Assembly: GCA_051362555.1 (NCBI GenBank)
Contig: CM120646.1
Location: forward strand, 12,648,001-12,712,000
Direction: 5' to 3'
DNA: 64,000 nt
DNA from: Lingula anatina
Taxonomy: Eukaryota > Animalia > Brachiopoda
Below the pieces are notes generated by a model that did not search any database, was not told the origin of the DNA, and saw only the letters and a program-made list of their open reading frames with translations. Each line of letters opens with the position of its first letter. The stretch's first letter is position 1. Shown here piece by piece: positions 27,451 to 37,824 of this stretch. A program made the translations under genes and the position numbers.

Positions 27451-30168
27451 CAGTAAACTAAGTAAAGTACTTTTTCGTTGGCAGTGTCAGGGTGAATCAA
27501 AATTTTCTCAATTGGGTGCTGGTAGGCTAATGAAAGACTAGGAAATAAGCGTTTATTGCATCGAGAATTTAATCCTGTGCAACCTTCTACAAAATGAATA
27601 TTTTACACTACTGCATGGGTCGTTATTCATAAGGAATATTTTTAACGTTTTATAAGGTTTTTGACAGATAAATAATTTCACCAAAGAATCTTTTCTCCGT
27701 TATTCGTTTTATTCAGATTTGATTCATTTTATTTAAGAGAAGTCAACAGATAAAAGTGCAGCGAAAAGAAATAGAGGGAAGAGGAAACTAACAAGAAAAA
27801 GTGATGGGAATCCTTAATATTAAAAAACATTTACGGGGAATAAGATTGATGTTTCCTTATCTCCCTTCTTTTTCTACCAAGCCCGCTTGCTCAAACGATT
27901 CATTCTTACTTCGGGGAAAACAAGTGATAAAATGCAGTAAATATAGAAACATTAAAGGACACGAACAAGAGATAGACGGACGGGAGTCTTTTATATCAAA
28001 ATATTCAAGGAAAAAGTATGTGAGAGTGGTCTTTATCTTCCGTCTTTCTCTGCCAGGTCGTCTTCTCCAATGCAGGTGCTCTCCGCTAGTTTTAAAAATA
28101 TCTTTCTGCATAGACAGCTTGACTATTGGTGATCGAATAATTTCCAGATAAAATGTTTAAATACTGTGGCAAGAAAAGGAGACCCCCCCCCCCCCCGGAC
28201 ACCAAAACGCATATATTTACAGACTTACGCAACTTTTTACGCGCCCTTCTTATCCGTGTAGCACAACAATTTGACTAAATTATCAAATCGCATAATTAAT
28301 AAAGATTTTCGTGCGCTGGATAAGACCATACAGAGAGTGTCCTCGGAGGCAGCCTTTTGTAGACCTTAGATGTATTTTCCATGTGGCCTTCTGGTTTCGG
28401 ACCTTTAGTCTATCTTTAGTCTATCTAACCTCTGTGTCTATCTGTAAGACAAGAAAAGTTGATGCGCACATTTCTAAAGAATGTCAAATAAAAAATGTCA
28501 AACGCATAGTATTTACACTCGTAAATACTGTACATACAGAATCATCTCTCAAAAATACGCTTACAGAAGGGCATTTTATTCTCAATAAAGTTACATTTTT
28601 ATCTAATTAATATTGTGCATATATTTAAATTCAAAACTAATGAAAGTAAATTATATTGTGTAAAATATTTACAAATTTCATTCATATGTTCAAAGTCTAA
28701 AACAAAAAGGTTAAGCAAACAAAACATGATTTGCAAATCGATGCAAACTTTTTGAAATATATATTTTGCATGCTGAAATAGGATTTTAATAGTAGGCCTA
28801 TAACACTGGAACTATAATTGGCTTTTCATACATATTAGATTTTCAATTTCAAACTTGTTATTTGTATTATATTAAAGAAAATTTAAAAACTAGTTGTTGA
28901 TCAATTTAAAAAGACAGAACTACATTACCAGCCAATAGGCACAATCTAAGGATCGACCTGAAAAAAATTTAACACAGATCTATTTAGATAAAGAGCTGCT
29001 TTCTCTCAACTTAATTTCATTATTCATTCATTTCATTATTCATTTGAAAAGAGCATCTTGCTTGTACAAAGGAGCAATAAATTAAAATGTTGATATAACT
29101 GCAATTTTACAAAGTTATAGGCCTATTTCTACGGTGAACAACTCCAGGACATAAATAGATCCCACTTATAGATAACTCAGTGCACAGCAGCTTGAGCGCT
29201 TTGTGGGGTATCAGCATGCGACAAGCAAAGTTTAAATTTGTATGAATGTATTTTTAATGATATCCTTTTTCAAAAAGGCATCACTTCCACTTCTCTACGT
29301 GCACAGTCCTTTTTCGCATGGCTGTCGACCTGCCTCCCTCTACAAATAAAATTCAAGATGGCGCACGAGCAGTGACAGGCCCGTATGGCTTTCAAGACAG
29401 AATAAGTTGACCGAATAATACGCGAAAAACTTTCAAATGAGATCACCATATAATGTCACGGTAAAAGACGTTAAAGAAGCGAATATACAGATAGGCCTAA
29501 TCTTCACAACGTCTGAAGTAGTTTAATTTATTTTTGCTCATTACCTCAGACGGCACGCTCTGTGGTTTAATGGTTGCTGCTAATTTTTTAAAGCCGGTTA
29601 AAAACTCAACAATCATTTTTAAAAACTTGGTAGGCCTATCTGAGTTGTCAATGCGTTTTTAGCAGTAGTCAGATTTGAGTTGATCAGAGTGGCGACAGCA
29701 CTCTAGATATTTTTCTTTGTGAATGAGACGGTGGACTTCCAGACCACTGTCGCGCCATTTATGCTCACATTTTCTAACTGATTGTCGCATCTCAGATAGT
29801 TCAATGCAAAACCACGGCGCTGTTGACGTAGGCCCTACTGAGTAACTGGTGCTTTGACTGGAGTGAGTTCGTTTCGTCCCAACACTTGGGACCTTATCAT
29901 ACCGACTAAAGAAGAATCACTGTCATTAATTGCGCTGATTTCTTTGCATATCCAGTGCAAGCTAGTTGGGAGATACACGTATAGGTGCCTACAACTCTTG
30001 GGCTTACTGCAAGAGACAGGGCAATTAAAAAATAGGACAGTATGCAATTCCAAATCTCCAAAGTGTAAAGAGTTAGCAGTAAACATAAATGGCTGTGGAG
30101 CCATTTAAAGGGCATCTCTATAAATACATCTGACTTTAGACGTCGTGGAGGTATATCAGTCAACAAAC

Positions 30169-30248
30169 TGACGTCACCATCTTGTGCAGAAAAAAATAGA
30201 GGGGATAAAGTTGCTTTAGAGGTATATCCATATACCGATATATAAAAA
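30169..30248 (+). promoter_or_regulatory. CRE (TGACGTCA) and TATA-like box upstream of CYP copy 1
   Basis: TGACGTCA at 30169-30176 and GATATATAAA at ~30237-30246, both conserved upstream of copy 2. Confidence 0.5.
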
Positions 30249-30402
30249 ATTAAGGTCTCTTGGCTATGTTGACCTACATTGTACGCTATTGGCACTGCAG
30301 ATAAGCAGCCTAGCTACGCTGACAATAAAAACTCCGTGGCCAATTTGAAACGCTGTGAAACTTGTTTGAATTTTAAGCTGGTGTGCACCAACGGATGACA
30401 GA

Positions 30403-31947
30403 ATGGTGCTGTTAAGTTTCATGCCCGACTGGTTTTTGTTGCTGCTGATCATAGCTGTTTTGACACAGATTTATGCGTTTACTTTAGCATCCGGGGACAA
30501 CCGTAAGAAGTTTGGACTTCCTGGGCCAGACCCTACTCCTGTACTAGGCCATTTTCCACTAATGTTTAAACTGGGAATTATTGATTTCTACACGCATCTT
30601 CGTAATTTATACGGTAAGGCGTTTGCCTTAAACCCGGGATATTTTGGTCAAAGGTTCGGAATTCTCATAGTATCAGATGTAGAAATGTTGAAGGAAATTC
30701 TTGTCAAGCAGGCGTACGTGTTCACAGATCGCGTGGGCTCTGCCTCCAGCTCACCTATGAACAAGATGGTAACGTTGCTGAAGGGAGATGACTGGAAGCA
30801 AGTGCGGAGTACCATGACGCCCACATTTAGTTCTGGGAAACTGCGGCAAATGCAAAGTGCTATTCTGACCAGCGCCAGCCAAACCGTGGCCAACTTGACG
30901 GCAAAGGCACAGATGGACGAGAGTTTCGATACCAAAGAATTGTGGGGCACATACGCCATGGACACTATTTGTTCCACTGCATTTGGTGTTCAAGTAGACT
31001 CGCAGAAAAACCCAAATGAGCCTTTGGTGAAACAGGCCGAGGTTATCAACAAAATGAGCTTCGCCAACCCTTTCCTTCTTCTCGTCATATTAGCGCCTCG
31101 CCTGGCTAATATATTTAGACCGATTTTACCTTACTTGGTACCCATGGTTAGTGCTTTTAATTTCTTTATCAAAGTTACAGACGACCTCATAGAAGGCAGG
31201 AAACAATCCAAAAATCATGGCGGCAAAGATTTTCTTCAGCTGATGTTAAATGCCCATGAGATGGAGACTGATAGTGCTGAACTGACGGAAGACGTGAAAG
31301 AGGTGGGGAAATGGAGGAAAAGACCTTTGACTCGAGATGAAGTTGTGGCGAATGGCATGGTATTTTTCGTCGCTGGCTACAACACAACAGCTGATACTTT
31401 AGGATTTGCTTCTTACGAACTCGCTACAAACCCCGAAATTCAGGATCGCCTCCAGCAGGAAATTGACGACACTCTGCAGGGTGAAGAGCCAACGTACGAC
31501 AATGTCTCCACTCTACAATACCTCGACCAAGTCATAGCCGAGACCCTGAGAAAGTACCCTGTTGGTTTTATTTTAGATCGTGTACCAAACGAAGATACCA
31601 CGGTAAAAGGTATCTTCATACCCAAAGGTACAGCCGTCACCGTGCCAGTGTACGCCATACACCACGACCCAGAACTGTACACAGACCCGGAGAAGTTTGA
31701 CCCCGATCGATTCACCCCTGAAGCCAAGGCAAAGAGGAACCCCTACACCTACCTACCCTTTGGCATGGGCCCACGGAATTGTATCGGTATGCGCTTAGCT
31801 CTGCTTGAGATGAAAATTGTTCTAGTGAAGACCTTGCAGAAGTTCACGTTCAAGACCTGTGACAAAACCCAGCTTAAGTTTGGGAAGGCGCGTCCTATGA
31901 AACCGATTGATGGACTGTGGTTAAAAGTGGAGGAAAGGTCCACTTGA
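30403..31947 (+). CDS. Cytochrome P450, clan 3 (CYP3A-like), intronless, copy 1
   Basis: 514-aa ORF with an N-terminal membrane anchor, PGPxP hinge, WKQVR, TPTFSSGKLR, ETLR, FDPDRF and the heme motif PFGMGPRNCIG. Confidence 0.96.
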   Translation: MVLLSFMPDWFLLLLIIAVLTQIYAFTLASGDNRKKFGLPGPDPTPVLGHFPLMFKLGIIDFYTHLRNLYGKAFALNPGYFGQRFGILIVSDVEMLKEILVKQAYVFTDRVGSASSSPMNKMVTLLKGDDWKQVRSTMTPTFSSGKLRQMQSAILTSASQTVANLTAKAQMDESFDTKELWGTYAMDTICSTAFGVQVDSQKNPNEPLVKQAEVINKMSFANPFLLLVILAPRLANIFRPILPYLVPMVSAFNFFIKVTDDLIEGRKQSKNHGGKDFLQLMLNAHEMETDSAELTEDVKEVGKWRKRPLTRDEVVANGMVFFVAGYNTTADTLGFASYELATNPEIQDRLQQEIDDTLQGEEPTYDNVSTLQYLDQVIAETLRKYPVGFILDRVPNEDTTVKGIFIPKGTAVTVPVYAIHHDPELYTDPEKFDPDRFTPEAKAKRNPYTYLPFGMGPRNCIGMRLALLEMKIVLVKTLQKFTFKTCDKTQLKFGKARPMKPIDGLWLKVEERST

Positions 31948-33765
31948 CTTTAGACTGACTGTACATAGCTAAATTGCATGAAATGCTGTTACAATATAAA
32001 CTGCTTAATAAAGAACTATGATTATTATCATAATACTCACCGGTTAGAACGGTGCGTGTTTATGTTCTCAATATGGTAAATAAAGAGGGCAGAGTGTGCA
32101 TGCATTTTCTGGGCGCGGCTTTCACTAAGATTTATTGCAGTAGGATTCAGAGTAATCTGCATTCCATTTGAAAGATAGGCGAGGAGAAGGGTAGATACAT
32201 AGCTACGACAAGGTTGACCTTGGTTGACTACCTTATCTTGCTATTGCTTTTCTCGGGCTCAGGTTACGCGTAGATTAAACAACACTATTCGACTGTTCCA
32301 CAGTCAGGGCAAACAAACGCGGTTGGATATATATTGTTGGTAGACTGATATCAAAGACACTGCTCATAGGAGCAAAATAAAAAAAATGGTAATCGGACTT
32401 CAATTCACAAAATATTGCCAATTATGTGTTGGACAAGAACGTATTTTTGAACTGTTACTATGGGTCATTTGTAGTTATTGTCATAAATGTGAAGCACTTT
32501 GCTCTTTATGTCAATCTAATATGGTGAAAATGGAAACATGTCTTCCCTTTTTGCAAATTATTCCGAAGATATATCCCGACAAAAATAATTTTAACCATTT
32601 TGATGAAACACACTTAATATGTTTTTACTCATTTTTGTTAATGCAATAAAAAACATATCTGATCAGGCCAAACATTACTTTAAAATTACCTACCGGTACT
32701 TGATAATAAGAGTAATAATGATGCTATGATTAAAACATGAAAGGAATTGTGCATATGTTACCATTATTGATGTTGCTATGGTATTTAAAATTATGAGCCC
32801 CTTGTTGTCTCCTATATATATATATATTTTTTTTTTGTGTACGTAACCCCCACCCCCACCCATGCCACCTACACACACACACACACACACTGTTTTATTC
32901 ATAAATCAGCATATTATTATTTTTTTACTGTCTGCATTAACACACTTTTTGTCTCGAATGTGATGTTTCTCCAAAAAAGCTTTTTGACTAATGCAAGTAC
33001 TTGTATCCTTTTGTTATGTCTTATTTGTTATATTTTATTTGTTATATATTATTATATCTTTATATTGAAATTTTAAATTTGATGTTGGCATAAATAACTG
33101 GTAAACAATATGTTATTTCAGTTATAAAAACATCAGTTACCTGAATGTGTAGTGTCCGTACACCTATATCATTTTGTAGATTGGAACGCAGCACATACAA
33201 TAAGTTATTGTGTTCTGAAAAGTCAGAGTCAAGATGTAAATCTTCGTATCAGTAACAAAATAAAATAAATGAATCAGAGTTAGTATTTCTCTCAGCGTGA
33301 CCCCAAATGTTACGTCTACTTTATTAGTTCACAAAGTTATGATATAATTGCGTAAATTAGATGTCATATTCTCTCACAAGTTTGGGAGAGAGGGATGGAT
33401 AGAATCCGGTTGCATATTTATTAAAGTGTTTATATAATGTATTTACAATACACATAGTGAAGATTTTACGTAGTCATCATGTTGAATGATCGGGTCTATA
33501 ATCAGATTTTCGACTGATAGCCTATATGAAACTGCTTAATACTTTGTAAAGTTTGTAAAATATATAAAATAATACGTGCAGATATGTTGTAACAGTATAT
33601 TCCATTCAATTATGCAGTACGGAACATGTTCCAATATCCCTGTACCTGTACTAGTAGGGCCTATATACCGTATACTGTACTACAGTGTATATACTGCAAA
33701 CTGTACTATATACCGTATACTGTACTATATGCCGTATACTGTATTAGTATATAGGCCTGTACATG

Positions 33766-33921
33766 CATGGGCGTCCGCAGAAAAATTTCCAGGGGGGCAA
33801 GGTCATTGAAGGGGGAGATAATTATTGGCTGGGTACCCGCAATTAACGTGCCCGCTAAAATTCCAGGGGGGGGTCAAGTGACCCATTGACCCCCCCCCCC
33901 CCCCCCCTGCGGACGCCCATG
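33766..33921. mobile_element. hAT-like MITE (156 bp)
   Basis: 15-bp TIR CATGGGCGTCCGCAG / CTGCGGACGCCCATG with an 8-bp TSD tgtacatg/cgtacatg (7/8). Confidence 0.8.
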
Positions 33922-34593
33922 CGTACATGATATTTCGCAACCGTTCAAATGTAGGCTAACCCTGCTCCGCGTCATAAGATAACATAAGCGTGCCGATTAA
34001 AACCCTCGCTATCTAAATCCTTCTTAAATCAGGTGACTGTCAGTATGATCTGTTAAAGGTGACCTTTAACCGCCCCACCCCATTAAAGTACTAGTATACA
34101 GTAGGCCTACCTACCTAACTCTACTCCTACATCGCATAGTCATTGTAGAGATTTGAAACTATTATGTAGCCTACATTGTCATAATATGGTAGGCCTACAT
34201 ATAGGTCCGCCTCAAATGTGTATTAAACTGATAACTGTCAAATTGAATTAAACAATAATTTTAAAAGGGACGTCAAAAAAATGTGGGTAAAGGGTATGGG
34301 GCGCTTAACCTTTTTCGGTGTGGATTCGGCCTCCGGGTAGGCCTATATGCTTTACCGCGTGCATGTTCGACTTACACACCCCCTGTAGGCCTACGGCATA
34401 TAAGCAATTTATATGCTAAATATAGATACGCCAGCTGAGAAAATAGGACAGCATGCAATTCCATATCTCCAAAGCGTAGAGAGCTAGGTGTAAACATTAA
34501 TGGGGGTTGAGCCATTCCAGTCACCTCTATAAATACATCTGAGTCGAAAAGGCTTTGGTCAACGTGGAATCTCCGAGTCATCAGTCAACAAAC

Positions 34594-34673
34594 TGACGTC
34601 ACCATCTCGTGCACATTACACAATAGAGAGAGGAAAATTCCTGCAGAGGTCTCTCCACAGACCGATATATAAA
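34594..34673 (+). promoter_or_regulatory. CRE and TATA-like box upstream of CYP copy 2
   Basis: TGACGTCA at 34594-34601 and GATATATAAA at ~34664, paralogous to the copy 1 promoter. Confidence 0.5.
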
Positions 34674-34820
34674 CAAATGTAGGCCTATGGTGGTCAAGTT
34701 GACCTACATTGTGCGCTATTGGCACTGCAGATAAGCAGCCCAGCTACGCTGACAAAAATCACCGTGTCTGCAGTTTAACTGGTTTGAATTTTAAGCTGGT
34801 GTGCATCAACGGATGACAAA

Positions 34821-36365
34821 ATGGCGCTGCTGAGTTTCATGCCCGACTGGTTGTTCTTGCTGCTGATCATTGCTGTTTTGACACTGATTTATGCGTTCTC
34901 TTCATCATCCGTCGACAACCGTAAAAAGTTTGGACTTCCTGGGCCAGACCCAACTCCTGTACTAGGTCATTTTCCACTGATGTTTAAGCTGGGAATTATT
35001 GATTTCTACACGCACTATCGTAATTTATACGGTAAAGCGTTTGCCTTAAACCCGGGATCCTTTGGCGAAAGGTTCGGAATTCTCGTGGTATCAGATGTAG
35101 ACATGTTGAAAGAAATTCTTGTCAAGCAGGCGTACGTGTTCACAGATCGCGTGGGCTCTGCCTCCAGCTCACCTATGAATAAGATGGTGACGATGCTGAA
35201 GGGAGATGACTGGAAGCAAGTCCGCAGCACCATGACGCCCACATTTAGTTCTGGGAAACTACGGCTGATGCAAAGTGCTATTCTGACCAGCGCCAGCCAA
35301 ACCGTGGCCAACTTGACGGCAAAGGCACAGATGGACGAGAGTTTCGATACCAAAGAAATATGGGGCACATACGCCATGGACACTATTTGTTCCACTGCAT
35401 TTGGTGTTCAAGTAGACTCGCAGAAAAATCCAAATGAGCCTTTGGTAAAACAGGCCGAGATTATCAACAAAATGAGCTTAGCCAACCCTTTCCTTATTCT
35501 TATCATAATAGTGCCTCGCCTGGCTAGACTATTTAGACCGATTTTACCTTACCTGATACCCACGCTTAGGGCTTTTAATTTCTTTTTCAAAGTTACAGAC
35601 GACCTCATAGAAAGCAGGAAACAAGCCAACAGTCACGACAGCAAAGATTTTCTTCAGCTGATGTTAAATGCCCATGAGATGGAGACTGATAGTGCTGAAC
35701 TGACGGAAGACGTGAAAGAGGTGGGGAAATGGAGGAAAAGACCTTTGACTCGAGATGAAGTTGTGGCAAATGGCATGGTATTTTTCGTCGGTGGCTACAA
35801 TACAACATCTGATACTTTGGGATTTGCTTCTTACGAACTCGCCACAAACCCCGAAATTCAGGACCGCCTCCAGCAGGAAATTGACGGCACTCTCCAGGGT
35901 GAAGAGCCAACGTACGACAATGTCTCCACTTTACAATACCTCGACCAAGTCATAGCCGAGACTCTGAGAAAGTACCCTGTTGGTTTTATTTTAGATCGTG
36001 TACCAAACGAAGACACCACTGTAAAAGGTATCTTCATACCCAAAGGTACAGCCGTCACCGTGCCAGTGTACGCCATACACCACGATCCAGAACTGTACCC
36101 AGACCCGGAGAAGTTTGACCCCGATCGATTCACCCCTGAGGCCAAGGCAAAGAGGAACCCCTACACCTACCTACCCTTTGGCATGGGCCCACGGAATTGT
36201 ATCGGTATGCGCTTAGCTCTGCTTGAGATGAAAATCGTTCTTGTGAAAACCTTGCAGAAGTTCACGTTCAAGACATGTGACAAAACCCAGCTAAAGTTTG
36301 GGAAGGCACGTCCTATGAAACCGATTGATGGACTCTGGTTAAAAGTGGAGGAAAGATCCACTTGA
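34821..36365 (+). CDS. Cytochrome P450, clan 3 (CYP3A-like), intronless, copy 2
   Basis: 514-aa ORF with the same motifs as copy 1. Tandem duplicate with homologous 5' and 3' flanks. Confidence 0.96.
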   Translation: MALLSFMPDWLFLLLIIAVLTLIYAFSSSSVDNRKKFGLPGPDPTPVLGHFPLMFKLGIIDFYTHYRNLYGKAFALNPGSFGERFGILVVSDVDMLKEILVKQAYVFTDRVGSASSSPMNKMVTMLKGDDWKQVRSTMTPTFSSGKLRLMQSAILTSASQTVANLTAKAQMDESFDTKEIWGTYAMDTICSTAFGVQVDSQKNPNEPLVKQAEIINKMSLANPFLILIIIVPRLARLFRPILPYLIPTLRAFNFFFKVTDDLIESRKQANSHDSKDFLQLMLNAHEMETDSAELTEDVKEVGKWRKRPLTRDEVVANGMVFFVGGYNTTSDTLGFASYELATNPEIQDRLQQEIDGTLQGEEPTYDNVSTLQYLDQVIAETLRKYPVGFILDRVPNEDTTVKGIFIPKGTAVTVPVYAIHHDPELYPDPEKFDPDRFTPEAKAKRNPYTYLPFGMGPRNCIGMRLALLEMKIVLVKTLQKFTFKTCDKTQLKFGKARPMKPIDGLWLKVEERST

Positions 36366-37824
36366 CTTTGTGACCGACTGTAGATAAATTGCATCAAATA
36401 CTGTTATAATATTAAGAAAAAGTATTATTTTTATTATTATTATCAAAATATTCTTTGGTTACTACGGAACATGCTTATGTTACCCAAATGATGAGTTAAG
36501 ACTCTAAATGTATTTCCTGAATGTGGATCACATGTAGATTTTTTTGCAATGGAATTTGGAATAGCCTGCATTTCATTCCAAAGATAGACGGGGAGAAGGG
36601 TGGATATGTAGCTACAGCAAGTTTGACTTTGCCATTGGTCGACTATCTAATCTTGCAATTGGTTGTCTCAGGGACAGATTACGTGTAGATTAAGCAGCAC
36701 TATTGTAGATATTATGTTCTTGTCTCATGAATGTCTGTTCTATGATCTCACAAAGTTATGATATAATTGCATTAATTACTATTCTCGCACAAGTTTGGGA
36801 GAGAGGGATGGAAAGAATCTGGTTAAAATGCTTTATTTATAATTCATGTAATTTAGACCTATTTTCAATTTTTCATCGTGTTAAATGAGCGGGTCTATTC
36901 AGATTTTTCGAGTGATATTTCACCATGAGCTGTTTCATACTTTTTAACGTTTGTGAAATATGTAACATAATATGGGAGAGGGATGAATATGTAGGGAGAC
37001 TTTTAAAAATTCACAAGCATTTTCGATAATCTCACGTAATGTCCGTGTTTAATGATCAGTATTTCTTCATAATACGTTGTGTTAAGTCTTAGGAGGCAAA
37101 GTCGTCTTGTTTGTTGATCTGATTAAGAAGTTAAGTTCAAAAATTCTTTGTCATGATTTGAGATTTATAAGAGTAGGATTCTCCACAAATGGGCAAAATG
37201 TACCAGAGCTAGCTACCAGTTAACATTAAATGATTGAACCTGGTTATTGTTGTCGGCGTCGGATTTTCGGATTTACACGTAAATAGTTTGACCGCGTATT
37301 GGCTGATGTACTGACAATATTCAGTACCACCCGAAAAAGAACACGCTTTCATTTTCTGTTTATAGTATGCTATATAAATTATGAACATAAACTTTTAGGA
37401 AACTTGCTTTCGTTAAAGTTATCCTTTAAAAAAATATCAAGTTGCAGATACTATAACAGTACTTGACTGTTAAGTACGAGGGGGAGAGGAAAGCATTAAC
37501 AGTTATAATTTAGAAGTAACAATACTCATGGATTCTGAATATTAATTAAAAATGGAGGCAATAATTGATTAAACTCCTCTGTGTTCCCCCATATCCCCCA
37601 GAGCTAACCCAGCCACTACTATAGGTTACTGACAGGCCTAACTATCATCAAAATACCAAAAAATAAGGTTTTTCGTGAATCTAATTATGCAGTAATTCAT
37701 CTGCCATTCTGTTAATTAAAACAATAAAAAACTCGAAAATATAAAATATCGTTTACATTCCTCTTTGCATAAGCACAAGCACCTCGAAGCGTTTAGCGTC
37801 AATCTAACAGTTATTTCTTATCGC

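Noticed and set aside
28150-29800. Possible promoter or transposon (AAGATGGCG at ~29356)
   Set aside because: No termini, ORF or exon could be supported.
30648-36397. Several minus-strand ORFs duplicated across both CYP genes
   Set aside because: Antisense shadows; they recur only because the CYP CDS is duplicated.
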